A stretch of DNA of 64,000 nucleotides from Lepidodermella squamata (Eukaryota > Animalia > Gastrotricha), in assembly GCA_047495785.1 (NCBI GenBank), contig JBLDXI010000029.1:2232001-2296000 (forward strand). Direction: 5' to 3'. Positions 1-13,168 of the stretch are shown one piece after another. Positions within the stretch are counted from its first letter, which is position 1. Every line of letters starts with the position of its first letter. The translations under genes and the position numbers were made by a program. The notes beneath the pieces are model-generated. The model did no database searches. It was given only the letters and a program-made list of their open reading frames with translations, and was not told where the DNA came from.

Positions 1-3000
1 TTTTGATTTCTTAAAGCATTGTAGGCCGGGTTTGCAGGGTCAAAGTACAACTCTAAAAATAGCGCGTGACGGTTAAAAATAGCACTATGTACTCTGTAAC
101 GTTCTATGTGTAGCCTTATTGTTCAAATTTTCGTCATTTTTTTAAACTATTTTAGAAATTCCACTATTAAAATAACCCAGCTTTCTCAAGCTACTTTTCA
201 ATAATCTGGAGAATCTGGAGAATTTGAAAAATTATTCTAACAACTAGCTGCATTATTTCAATAGCGTGAATCATGCTTTGGATTTTGACCTTACGAAACC
301 CCGCTAGGCCTAGGCTAGTCTCGTAGGCCAAGGCTAGGCCTATTCGCACCTGCCCAGTTGAGGTCTAGCCCTAGGCTAGGCCTGGTAAAAATGGCTCGAA
401 ATTGTTAGGCCTGCAATAGGCCTACTTATGTTTCTGTCGGCCTAGGTTAGGCCTAGGCATTGCATGAAGCCGATTGGTGTATTGTGTATTTATGACTTGT
501 GTATTTGTAATTATTAGTGTATTGTGTATTAATGTATTTGTGACATTGCGGCCTGCAATGAAAAAATAGCCTGGTCAATCTTGATATAATTTAAAACCAT
601 GCCATAGCCGATTTTTTTTCATTGTCAAACGTAAATTTGTGATGGCCATAGAGAATAGAACCTATTCTCTAACTCTATTCTCTATGGTGATGGCAATTTA
701 CGGTTCCTAATAATTCCATTGTGGAACCGCTGGTAAGTTGAACTTTGGCGCGCACGCTGATTGGTCAATTTATCGTTGCTAGTGACTCCGGAATTAAACA
801 ATTTAGTCGTGCGATCCACTAATAAATTATTTTATATTTATGCAAAAAATGACCTTGCCACACCCTCTGCACGGTTTCCATTGACCACGAGCGTAAACTC
901 CATATTAATGGTGGTAAATTGCTGCGGCAAAATACACTTGTTGCAAAAAATCTTATGGATCGCACGACCAACATGTTTCATCCGGGAGTCATAGCAACGA
1001 TCGATTGACCAATCAGCGTGCGCATTGGATTGGACTTTGAAGTGGTCACACAATGTCATTTAAATAATCTGTATCCGCTTAAAGAAATTGAACACCAAAA
1101 ACACGTTCAATTTTTCATTCAAATTCTTTAAAATAATTTCTGATCTTCTCTCGAATCGTCAAATATTTACCATTTTGAAAGCAGTAGTCTGCGTCGAATG
1201 GGCTGGGGCCGATCTGCGACGACGGCTGGCCTATGGTGTCAAGGCTGTGGTAGCAAATTTTGTCCAGAGTGGTGTAAACAATAACGGGCGAGGCGGGTTG
1301 CGTATTGTTGACATAACACTCCTTCACCGTGTTATTCCACGAGTAGCCGTCCGGGCACAGGCAGGTGGCGACTCCCTTGATGTTCGTACACATGAACTGA
1401 CAGTTTGCACTAGAGCAGTTCACTATATACACCAGAAAAATCAGCACTCACTGATCAAAAATTACGGCAAATATAACTCACGTTTTTGAGTAACAGCCGG
1501 AAACGGCTGGTAGCTGGAAAGCGCCCGAAATTCGCCATTCAAAGTGCGTGAATGACGCAGCTCTAGATTAGAACAGCACGAACCGTCAGCTTTAGGCACG
1601 ATCGAATATACAAAAATCGAAGAAACAGAATGCACGAGATCGACAACGGCCAAAAACATGAATCTGCTCTCGTACAGCTGAATGCTGCCAACTCGGCTGT
1701 TGAAAATAGTGTAGTTTTTGTGCGCTGTAATGTCGAATTTCGCAACAATTCTTCCGTGATAATCCAGCACAAATACACTGGTCGCAAAAGCTGCCCAGAC
1801 GCTGAAAATAATTCAAGAATTACAAATCCAGCTCAAAAATTAGAAAAAACTATTTACTGTTTCTTTTGGAAATCGACAGTCAACGCTCCAGGGAGCATCA
1901 AATCTGGGTTGATATCCGAATTGTCATTTGAAAAAACGGTGGGCGGGAAGTCGTAGATCTTTTTGCCCTCAGAGCCGTCCATTAAAGTTCTCCAAACGTG
2001 AATAGCACCAGCCACATCGTCACGACTTAGGAAAAACAAGTAGCCTTCGTTAGCATCGAGACTCAGCGAATATCCTTCGAGTTCGGATGAAGCGAAAGCT
2101 GTTTTGGAGATGCTGGTCGATGACAGTGAGAAAAAGCTCGAAATCGCAGCATCAGGAGAGCGATGCATCATCATGCTGTGGTAGTCGGTCAGAGGGACAA
2201 TTCTCAGCCATTTGAAAATCGGATCGAACCAAATCGCATTGCCGCCGACCCAATCGTAAGCAATTGACTTCACCCCAATCGAAAGTCCAGCGTAATGCGC
2301 GACAGTGTTGAAAGTTCCATCCATCCTCGCGCTAGCGATTTGGCGGAATTGGGTCTCAGCGATCAAGAGGCGCTGTTGATCCCAATCGACAGCTAGACCG
2401 ACAATGCCACTTCGAATCGTGAAAAGCTGCTCGCGCTGCGGTCGGCGAATCCAAGCGGCCGGGTCGCCTTGAAATCGATGGAATAGCGTATTATTCGTAT
2501 TCAACATTACCGCGTAAATAATGCCAGGCGAATGTAAGGTCTCTTTAGCGCAAGACGTGGTGCCATTGGGATTCGTGACAGTTACGTAATAATCGCTACA
2601 GGAGCAAGTCGATTTGACTTTCTCGTCGCCTGGAACGCATATGTGGTTGCATTTCAGAGATCCACACAACGAGTTGGATGGTTCCGAATATTCGTATCGT
2701 TTGAAAGTGACAATTTTCGACGAGGAGTTCAGCTTGAAGAGTTGCACGTAATTCGGGTCAATGATAGTTACATTATTGACGTTGTAACTCAATTTAACAA
2801 TTGAGTTTGAAGTTTTGTTCGTGTAATAGATTACACCACGACTAGCAGTCATAGGTGCGCAGGGGATGGTTTTCGAGTTGATTGGATCATGGCCGTCGAT
2901 CTTCATGACCAAGAGAACACCATTAACACAGTAGTGCAGCATCTCGTCGTAATTATCGTACGCCAGCAACTCGGATCCTTTCGTGAATTGAGAGGGCAAG

Positions 3001-3701
3001 CTGAATTCGGAACGGAACGAAGAACCATCTAATTTCGCAGTAAAAATAGTAAAAGATCCGTTCTCGGCAATCAACCGGTTCTTCTCAGTATCGAGGAAGA
3101 AAGTGCCATCGAGTCCCTCAGCTTGTTGAAACAAAGACTTTATCCTCAGGTCCTCGTTTTCATAGCGAAGGCTTATTCCAAGAATGCTGTGGTACCCAGC
3201 ATCGTAAACAAAGGCCACGTCATAGCTTGGATACACTCTGATTGTAAGAGGCGTTGTTTCTGGTTAAATAAAGTACACGTATGTATTCAATAATCCAATC
3301 TCGTCATTCAATAAGCGTCGTACCTTCTCTCAATTGATGAGACCTGAACACTTTTTGAAGGTCCAATGGGCCTTGCCAGATACCTTTCGCCTTCGGACGG
3401 CTGCTTGAAAAATAGAAAACACTTGTGATAGGGTTGAACTCTACATCTTCGATGTTCTGTATAGTATTTGGCACTGGGATAGAAATCCAAGTTGGCTCGG
3501 ACGATTTGTTGAAGTAATGTAGTGTATATGAAGCGTTGGCGTCGTCGTCTTGCGTTAGATAGACAAAAAACTCTGAAAGAAAGAAATGTTTGACCACGTC
3601 GGATAGAAATTAATGAATACCTACTCACCGCTGGTTGATGCGCAATTACAGCATATAACCGATAGAAAAAATATAAATACCAAATAGGTACCCGCCACCA
3701 T
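1..3701 (-). CDS. LRP-like YWTD-propeller/EGF receptor, copy A (5' half; 3' part lies left of the window)
   Basis: ATG at 3701 gives signal peptide MVAGTYLVFIFFLSVICCNCAST, followed by a GT-AG intron. ORFs 3304-3597, 1854-3236, 1462-1770 and 1115-1447 carry LY/YWTD-type motifs (LAVDWDQQRL, IAYDWVGGNAIWFD) and EGF modules (CNHICVP..CSC, CQFMC..CLCPDGY). The last donor is near 1171; the intron to its left stays homologous to the copy B intron down to base 1. Confidence 0.85.
300..545. repeat. Degenerate (C/T)TAGGC-rich and GTGTATT-rich low-complexity tract
   Basis: Many TAGGC/CTAGGCC units at 303-460 and TGTGTATT units at 477-545. The tract is not present in the copy B intron. Confidence 0.55.
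647..686. mobile_element. 40-bp miniature TIR element with 8-bp TSD
   Basis: 13-bp TIR CATAGAGAATAGA...TCTATTCTCTATG, flanked by the direct repeat GTGATGGC at 639-646 and 687-694. Confidence 0.8.
717..1055. mobile_element. MITE with about 110-bp imperfect TIRs in the copy A intron
   Basis: The left end (CATTGTG..GCGCACGCTGATTGGTCAAT..TCGTGCGATCCA) is mirrored at the right end. It is absent from the homologous site in copy B (about 20945-20950). No clear TSD. Confidence 0.7.
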
Positions 3702-5187
3702 TCTAAAATGGAAATGTCAAGTATCAATGGTTCAATCATTTCGAAATAATGGCGATTAGAACAAAATTAGTCAACGATTTGCAGGGTGAAGCAGGAAGCA
3801 GTTACTATACTAGCATGCTAACAACTGAAAAGATTCACATGCTTTCATATGCGCCAGAACATATGTGGTTTGGTCTATCATAAGCTTCGCACATCTCGGG
3901 CTTCGGGCTTCGGGCGACGAGCGATGAGGTGAGCCTTGAGCATTGAGTCGGCTCTCGTGGACAACTAGCTGATGCAAAATGTTGAGCACAGCATTTTTTA
4001 TATGAGCCACAGTATTACGAAAGCATTCTGACGAGTGCAAGAAAGCCTGAGCGTAGGTTATAAATGGCAATGCACTACGCCAGGCAATGTTACACGAATC
4101 ATATCAGAGAAGCGAGCCAAAGCGGAGAACTTTTCCGTTGTTGAACATGACTTTGAAAGCTCTAATCGCTAAGCTTATGGGGTTAATAGCATTTAGACGT
4201 AGTTTCAAAATGACGGTGCTGTGGAAGAAAAAAGGGAAAAAATGCATCCTTCAAAAACCAACGACTCAGTATGTGCCAATTCGATATTTTGTTATCTCTC
4301 CACTCATATCCACTCGTTTTCGACTCTTTCGGATTCGTAAATCTCAGCCGGCTCCGTGGTAGACTCCGTGGTAGACTCCGTCTTACTCGTGCTTCGTGCT
4401 ATATCATAAAATGTGATATCGCTCCGAGTCCACTGGGACAATAATGCGGACGCACGTTCTGATCGATGAATTGCAATTTCCGAACAGAAACATCATTGTC
4501 GGCAATGCCAATCACGCAGAAGTTTCAATGACAGTGGAAAGATGTTTCGAGGCTTCGAGCTGCCGGTAAATATTCGCCTGCAGATTCAGAGTACGATCTT
4601 GGATCCTGGAGCTGCCAATGATGGAAACATTTTTTTGCCAAAGTGACTACTACTACATAATTTCAACCAAAAAAACAAGCGAAGCGAGGAAATGTTTAAG
4701 ACATTCCACTCAAACAAGCTCAAACACTTCTCGAAATTGACGAAACAGTCAGAAACAGTGGGATAAATGTTCATTTTCTTGTCCGCTCTGGCCGAGCTGC
4801 ATAGGGCTAGGGGGAATGGACTTGACCAGCCACCTGGTTTCGGCTTCCAACCCGTGTACTGCTTTCGAACGATTAATACCACATTTGCCTATGTTTTTGC
4901 GCTAATACCGCATGCGTGGAGAATAATGCCCAATGCTTGGGGTAGACACGCTCACCATACTCTCAGCCGATCAGCCGAAAACATTAGAAACGAAGGTTAT
5001 AGTGATGATTTCAGCTTTTCCACTCGACATGTACCTTGGAAAAATAAAGCTGATTCAGTGGCGCTTTCCGCCTAGAGTAGCAAAAAACAACGGCAATAGG
5101 AAACTTCATTCAAAACAAGAGAATGTTCTGTATCGCTTTCCTTTTACTTATCTGAGATGCTTGCTAAAAAAAGTTAAAGATAAACAT

Positions 5188-8100
5188 TTAAAGTCCACCG
5201 TCAGGTTCGTTGAAGATGTCAAGCCCGTTGTTATTATTGCCCACTCTTCTTGTAGGCGTGCTTCTTTGAAAACCGGATGATGACGCTTGGGTATTTGGCC
5301 TCGAATCCACATCGTCCAGGCCGAATACAGGATTTCGGAATGAAACAGAGCCCGGACTCAAGCCGCCAGCAAAAGCTTCATCTTCGTCCATGCGGAAGTA
5401 GGAGCTATCTGGGCCTTCTAATCGCTCGAATCCACGAGATCGGGGGCGCCTTAAAAACAAATGGCTTGTAATTTGATAAAGATTAATTAAGGTGGCCACC
5501 TCTTGAAGTAAATCACTAAGCCAACAACGATAGCAGCAACAACGCAGAATCCAATAATGCCGATAACAATCCCTGATGTGCTTCCGGAAGATTTTTCATC
5601 TACAATAACACACTTTATTAGAATTACATCACCAATAAAGACGTGACAGTACCTTTTTCCTTTGATGCAGCTGCCGTTTCATTTGCCGATGAGACTGGCT
5701 CGTCCGAAACCGTTTCAGATGTCGTAGTTTCGGCCTTGCTACTTCCGGCAGAAGTCGTCTTCTTTGGGGCTACGCCTCCGCCATCTTTATTGCTCGGAAG
5801 TTCGGTTCCGGCACCGCTTTCGTTGCTAGGTACTTTATAACCGATCATGGCGCTCAAACCGAAAAATCGAGCTTTGCCAATAGTGTTCACCTGCTCCTTT
5901 GTATCCAATCGGAATACACCGATTCCACCTCCTAGTGAATCCGCGGCTAACAGCAAACCGTCCGAAACGAAAATGCTTCGATACAACGCTGTCACCTTGC
6001 CACCCGAAGTCAAGAAAACCTTGGCAGGCGCTGTCAAGTTCTTCAGATTTTTCGACGCGATAACTCCGTTGCAGGAGATGAATAAAGTGTCACTAGCCTC
6101 CTCAACGAAGAGCGAAGCATACTGTTTGCCAACAGAAAATTGCTTTGGAACAGTGAATCCGCTGAAACTGGAGGCATTGCTACCATCGCGTTTCATTCGA
6201 AAGATGGTCAAAGTGGTATTAGATTCGATAACTTGAGCAGCAACATAAGTCCACCTGTAAAAAGTTGAAAAATTATCCTAATTCTTGCTGAGGAGCCGAC
6301 TAACTGTCGAGAGATGGTAATTCCCAAAAAGTTGACCGAATCATTTTGAGAAATCATTTTGGGACGCATATGCGAATCTAAGGAAACACTGAAAATCTTG
6401 CTCGATTGAACGATGGCGAAAAGGAGTCTGGAGTCATCATCGATAACTATTCCATTCACCGGGCTGTTAACTGGAAAAAAGGAGGAAAATTGCAAAAGCT
6501 ATGATAAATCAAAGAATTTGCTACCATTCCAAAACAATTCCTCGATGTGCATTCGAGTCCTCCTAGCTTCCGAGGTTTGCATTGCTGGATTGATGATGAA
6601 AATCGTTTTGCGAACAGAATCAAAATAATACACATTTCCCTCTTGGGCGTCGAATGCTACTGCTGTGGGCACGGCCTTAATTCGAGAAATGATTAGCAAA
6701 GAAACTGATGGCTCCAGTTTATATCATACCAAGTGATGAAGTTTGAGAGAACTGAGATTCGACTCAATGAACGAGGATGAAAGGATGTCACTTGTCATCA
6801 CCGAAGAATTGGGCATTGGTACCGCAAATATCGCGCGATTCGCTTCATTAACCGCGAATAGAGCGCCTGTTCGATACAAATCTATCGAACGAGGCTTGCA
6901 GCTGAATCCATCGGACATTAGACCCATTCCAAAACTGCAGATGCATTTGGCAGCTAGACAGAAGTGTTCACATTCATCGATGGGGCCATCGCCGCAAGAA
7001 TCAATTTCCGTTTCTAAAACAAAAATTCTATTAATTTAATTGAGAAATTCTTAAAATGTCTCACCATTCAAGCCGTAAAAAGCAGCAGCTTCCAGGGTAG
7101 GACTTACTACAGAGAATGTCATTACAGAAGCATTTCTAGTCGCGTCAGATAAATGATAATCAATGTCGAAAAGGCCGGTAGAAGACAGTGTTGAAGTTAG
7201 GCCAAGATCGTGACTCGAATAGAGGTTGCCATTCTTATCGACGAAGAATGCGTATTGTTGATGAATGGCAAACCTCACGATACTCTTCAACTGTTTGTTC
7301 AAACTGTATGTGTCGATTTTCGGCTTAGTAGGACAAGAGCTATTGGCAATAGGGAACGATCTTGGGACGGAATCGAGTTTGAGCACGCCCAATTCAGGCG
7401 CTCCTTCAATCGGCCTCAAAAATATCAACGTGTTGTTAGCGTAAGAAACGTGCATCTGAGAAATGGGGTCTTCAAATTCAGCAATTTCGCATTTGTTCTG
7501 CGCCGCTAGGTCGGTTTGATAAAGCAAGGTTTTCCCTCGCGATTGCGAAAATTCAGCCCAGTACAAAAGCCTAGGAGATGTTACAATGCTCGATAATAGA
7601 ACAGATGATTATGATTGTTACCTTTTTCGTACATCAACAGTCAGAGCCGTAATTCTGGCACCTTGCAGCAGTATTCTCGGAATGCCCGGATTTTGGTAGA
7701 TGACAAATAATGTCGCTGATGCAGCGTCCGCAACATAAGCGGCATAGGCATAGAAATCATATGCAATCGCTACGACGTCAGTCTCTCGAGGCAGCATTGT
7801 TGCGGTCGCGAAATATTTGACATTATTTGAATAATAGCGGAACATCGGATCAAACCGGAAAGAATTGTATGACATGTTATTTTCGGCGACGTTTTTTACA
7901 AAGCCAGAAATCGTGTTGTCTCGATCATCGGGCGCGATCGCAAGAAATTGCCCGCCTGCAAAGGACACGGTAAGATGTTGAGTGCCTAAAGACTAATATT
8001 TCAAGTTATACCGGTGGGATAGCATAATTCTGGAACTTTCAGCTCAGATGGAGCATTGATGGAAGAATCGATGCGCCGGAAGCATATGATATTCTCCTTC

Positions 8101-10408
8101 GCAAATGCAAAAACTGGTAGACCAGGTCCCTCTTCGTTAACTAATGAATGCTGTTTCAACAAAATCCTGCTAGCATGTTAGAATCGTTACCTATGCATTC
8201 ACTGACTCCGGAAAGCTTGTAACCATCTGGACAATCGCATTTAGCTTCCTTATCATCATTTATGCAAATATGGGAGCAATTCTTGCTGTAACAATCAACT
8301 GTGAAACATCGAAAATCGTAATGCCTAAAGCAAATTTGTTCGAAACAAAGGATACCTTTAGAAACAGGCGAAGCTTGATGAACGAAAAGGCCTCGAAATT
8401 CTCCATTAATTGGTCTCTCGTGAATTTTGGTTACACCTTCAAAATCTTGGTCAATTTGATACAATGCCAGGACGTTCGATGAGGAATTGCTGTTAACCAA
8501 AGCAATCGCTGCGTAGGAAGACTAACAAAGAAATTAAAGAAAGAAGGTCTCATTTTCAAGGGCTTACGTTCAAGATTTGAATTGCAGCAACACGACTGCT
8601 TTCCAGCTCAAAGCCATTTATGTTTATCTCTTTCTCCAAAAGAAGTTTCCCCTGGTAATCCATGGCTACAATTCGGTTGACAAATGCGATCCAGATGACT
8701 TTCTTCCAGGGATCTACTGTCAAAGCTCCCGGCAAAGGATGGCTAGGATTGTTGTCGTCAACATTCTCGTCAAAATACGATGTGTTGAAAGATTTCTCCA
8801 TCTTCAGCGGCGCAGAGCCATCCATCTTAGTTTTGATTACGTAAACCACAGACTCGGAATCGTCAAGGTCGAGGAAGAACAAGAAACCAGCAGCGGGATC
8901 AACCGCGAGGGAGTAGCCCTCAAGATCGCCCATAACTTGAACAGTTTTATACGCATGCTCGTGATTCCTGTCATGTAACGGGACAATCCTCAGCCAATGA
9001 AAAGCCGGGTCATACCACATGATGTTCTCGCCAACATAATCATAAGCAATGGACTTGATTGCAGGTGAAATCGAGTTGTATTTAGTCAGACTAACGCGAC
9101 CGCCTTCCGGGGAGAACGAGAATAATTGGCGAAGTCTGTTCTCCACGGCGAACGTTCGATTTCCGTTGAAGTCTGACGTCATAGCCAAAACGCGGGAGTT
9201 GACTTTCAACGCCCGTTCTCGAATAGGCCGCCTTGTCCACTGCATCGGGTCTCCGGTGAGCCAAATCATGCTGGTTTCCGTCTCCGTAACTGCAGATTCC
9301 AGCAAGGCGAAACCTGGCAGCCGAATTTGATCCGGGATGCATCTGTCATCGACGAGAGTGTTGAAATCCGAGCAGATGCAAGTTGGCTTCCCGGCCCGGC
9401 CGTCAGGTACGCATAGATGGTGGCATCTTCCAGGCAAGCAAACTGCCTTCGCTGTCTCGTTGAAGTCATAACGCTTGAAAGAAATGATTTTCGTTTTCGA
9501 TGTCCAATCTGTCGGAAGTTTGATGCTTCCGGTCAACGTTAAATTTAGTTGGTCTCCGGTTATGTTGTAGTCAAACTTAACAATCACACTTTGATTGAAG
9601 TAGAGAATCTCGCTGTTCTCAGCAATCATCTCAGAACAAGGAAGGTCACTTGAAACGACCTTAGAATCGTTACCCAATGTCAAACCAGCGACGAAATTGC
9701 TCCGGCATAGGAATACAATTGATTGGCTTTGATCATAGGCCAAAATTGCGGAAGTGTTATCAGGAATCCTCGCGGCTAGTTTCGGCTTCGATTCAGTTAA
9801 ACCAGATTGGTAAACTTTGGTCATGTTTTTGTTGAATGAGATTAACGTGTTTGAGATTTTGTCGAGGAAAAACGGTTTCGTCAGACTTTCAACCTCCTGG
9901 AAATAACCCTTCGAATTGATCTGCCGCATTTCGGATAAACTCAGCCCAATTATCGCTTCATAGCCGTCATCGAACACGAAAAACAGGTCGTAATCCGGTA
10001 AAATTCGAAGTTGGGTCGGTTTCGAGGCGGCTCGGGAAAATTTGTGGGAAGGCCCCAAGCCGAGGTCGAGCAGGTTCATACTTGCGTTCCAAACGCCTTT
10101 GGTATCTTGGGGTTGGCTGGTTTGAAAGTAGAATCGGCGATTTAGCGGATTGAAATCGACGTCATCGATGAATTTTAGCCGACTTGGAATCGATGGAGTG
10201 ATCCATGACGATTTGTCAATGTTTCCGCCCTCGACGTAATGAAGCGAATAAGCATCCTCATTTGCAGCCAATATCAGGATCAATTCTGATGAATAACAAA
10301 TAAGTTGACCCTGAATTCATATTTTACGGCGGACTTACCTGTAGCACATGAATTTTGAGCGAAATTGGCAAGAAAGACAATTAGAGCAGCTATCACATTG
10401 AATGACAT
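5188..10408 (-). CDS. LRP-like YWTD-propeller/EGF single-pass receptor, copy C (complete, compact introns)
   Basis: Signal peptide MSFNVIAALIVFLANFAQNSCAT from ATG 10408. Propeller/EGF ORFs at 8556-10283, 8156-8500, 7618-7968, 7051-7566, about 6200-7010 and 5624-6211. S/T-rich stalk, TM exon GIVIGIIGFCVVAAIVVGLVIYF (about 5501-5600), and a tail containing FRNPVF that ends at 5188. Confidence 0.85.
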
Positions 10409-11631
10409 AATTTTCTCGGATCTAAAAATTAAGCCTTTGAAACAAATGACTGAATTTAATTTTGTATATTAAAAAGTCTTATATGTAACTAAATCCATGA
10501 TTCAACTCGGTTTAGCTTAATATACTCTTCATGGGTGACGCATTGTTTGCTAAGAAACTGTGACTACTCAATTTATAGCTGGCGAGAGAGAAAGATGCAA
10601 ATTTAACTGCGGGAAGCCGGCTCGCACGTGCATATTGGTGTCAAGTATGACAAGTTCTAACACACATGCTGGCCTGAAATTCAAAACCACGAATATTATA
10701 TAAGTGTATTACTCATGTTGTCTAGTTTTGTATACAATTTTTTTATATACGTAGAGCAAGAGTAAACGGCGTGTATTACGTGACTATTTAGAAATGAAAA
10801 CAGCATTCATGTTTATTGCATTTAGCCTGGCGTTATTTATTACCTACCTCCTACCTAGCATAAGCTTTTCATACAAGCATACAAGCTTATATATTTGAGA
10901 AAAAACGCGGAGTGCACAACATTGTGAGCGAAAAAAAACGTATCAAAAATTAATTGCACTGCGAAAAGTTATTTTAGGAAATAATGTCAAACGCGAGTTA
11001 CCTCAAAAAATAATTTGACCGCGAATGATTCACTTCGGGGATGTTTTGTCAATTAATTAATGTGTCTACATTTTATTCCTAATTTTCGCTATCCGCTATG
11101 CTACTCGCGTAATTTTGCACCAATTATTCCGTAGGGATTCCACGTGCGATATGAATATGAAGTAAAGGGATCGAGATAATTGGTGAAAAAGCAAAAAACG
11201 AATTGACTTAAATTGAAAATTAAATCAATTTATTAAAATTAAATCGTTAGCTTCAATTTATTTAAAAGATGTTATATATAATTTTTGGATTTTTTTAAAT
11301 TTTAACATCATAATGCAAAATGTTGACAACACTGATTGAATTTAAGCAGTTATTGTGCTGAAAGCTGAATTCCCCAATGTTTACTTGTCACCCCTTGAAT
11401 TCACCTGAAAAAAATCTAAATTGGTCCTCCTTTGACTGTTAACAAATGCGAGGCAATAAAAGTGTCATAAACTAATAAAAACTATTATCATTTGATAATA
11501 TTACATAATTATAGAGCCTGAGAAAAAAGCGATAAGAACGGTGTACGTGTATGACTTTAAACTGATACAGATGCTGGCTCGGAATATTATTTACGTGCGC
11601 CGTCACCGTATCGATAAATTGGATACGCATC

Positions 11632-13168
11632 ATGGCCGATGTGCGTTTCGGTCTGCTAATTTTTGCTGCCTGTTCAATAATGATTTCAGCGGCCACGTCG
11701 AACAACATGTGTTCGGAAGATTTTGTTATCGGAACCTGTATCTGCAAATTACCCGCAAATGAGGACAGGACTGAGGTCACGCTTGATTTGACAGATTTGG
11801 TGGCGAAAACCGAGGAATATGCGTATGCATGAATTGCGATTGAATTTCGAAATTAGTTTTAAAATATTAATGTAGGCTTGTTGGTAATGATACCCTCAAT
11901 GTTTGGAAGTACTATTTCGCGTTTTGCAACAAACTAAATCTGCCTCAATATCCGAAGTGCCATAAATCCGCTAGTGTTTGCCAGGTTTATCGGCAGTCGG
12001 GTTACGCTGTTGGCCGACCTGAAACTACGCAATTCGAATGGCATGGCAGGCCAGGAGCGGCGAACGGTGAAATGACGCCCGCTCTAGTCACTAATAATGG
12101 AGTCAACGAGTAAGAAAATATATTATCTCGAGATCCTATCATGATAACAGCAAGATTATAATTTTACAGGAAGACAATAGCCTATCTAATTTGTGAGCCA
12201 GATGGCTTGGATCTGAGAAAGGTATCAATTGATGCTGAGCCGTGGTATGCTGATCAGGATTCCGACGGATTCCGATTAACGGTAATTTTCGGGAACCAAA
12301 ATGAAAAATGCTGGGATATTCAAAATTTCTCCTTAATGAATATTACGATTTTAAAATGAACTGGACCGAAAAAATCTTTGCGATTATAGGGACATGGTGC
12401 TAGGGACCTATGGGTCGATCTAGCGTCCGCGATTTCACCCAAACTTTCTTGAAAGTTAAATGCATAGCTTACTTCCGCTTCTCAGTATTTTGCTTTCAGA
12501 ATATCTTTTAGCAGAACCAAAGTCACGGTGAGCGGAACCTAATTTGCTGTAGCGAAACCGATGTGCATCTTGCGGAACCTAATTCAAAATGTGCCAAACG
12601 TTAATTTTCAAATAATTATAAGAACTCGGGGCTAATGATTTCTAAAGTGAACGCTACGTCTTGCACAGAAATTTACGTCGAATTCGAGAATAATTTATTC
12701 AGAATTACGAAGGTCCATAATAACATCTTTGGAAGCTCTCAAAAGTGGCCAATAGATACCGTAATTGATCCAATAGTAGCCCATCCACTTATAATCGCCC
12801 ATCCCCAGCCCAGGGTTGTGGGGTTAATTCAGTTCGAAAACATCAAAAATGAACGATTCACCTACAATTATTTTTTGAAATTTTCAAAATTTCCAGGTTG
12901 AAAATTTACTAGCCCGGGCTGCTATTGGAACATACGGTATTCCAAAAGTTGATCCGCTACAGCAAATTAGGTTCCGCTCGCCGTAAATTTGGTTCCTATA
13001 ACAGGAGGACCATTTTACTAGTCATTTCTCATGTTTCCTTTTTTTCAGCTCATCAACTTGAGAAGTCCTCGATTCTGCGAAATAGCCAACCGAGTCAGCT
13101 CGAGTGGTCAAATGCCTACCTCTTCTATTTACGCTCTGGTTTTTTCTATCCTCACGGTTATGCTCTGA
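11632..13168 (+). CDS. Secreted, probably GPI-anchored single MRH (mannose-6-phosphate-receptor homology)-like domain protein, 218 aa
   Basis: Exons 11632-11822, 11876-12109, 12170-12281 and 13049-13168 splice in frame at GT-AG sites (657 nt). Features: signal peptide, LDLTDL, YYFAFCNKL, ASVCQ, KTIAYLIC, LRSPRFC (MRH-like pattern), then SSSG plus a hydrophobic C-terminus (IYALVFSILTVML*). Confidence 0.7.
12510..13000. mobile_element. MITE in intron 3 of the MRH-like gene
   Basis: GAGCGGAACCTAATTTGCTGTAGCG near 12530 is inverted at about 12955-12980. Ends are approximate. Confidence 0.6.

Noticed and set aside
300-460. TAGGC-rich tract resembling the nematode telomere repeat TTAGGC
   Set aside because: Units are irregular, mostly CTAGGC/TAGGCC palindromes, and sit in an intronic insertion rather than a tandem array.
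4400-5180. Possible small plus-strand gene between receptors A and C
   Set aside because: Coding-like fragments and one donor site, but I could not build a consistent spliced ORF or recognise a domain.
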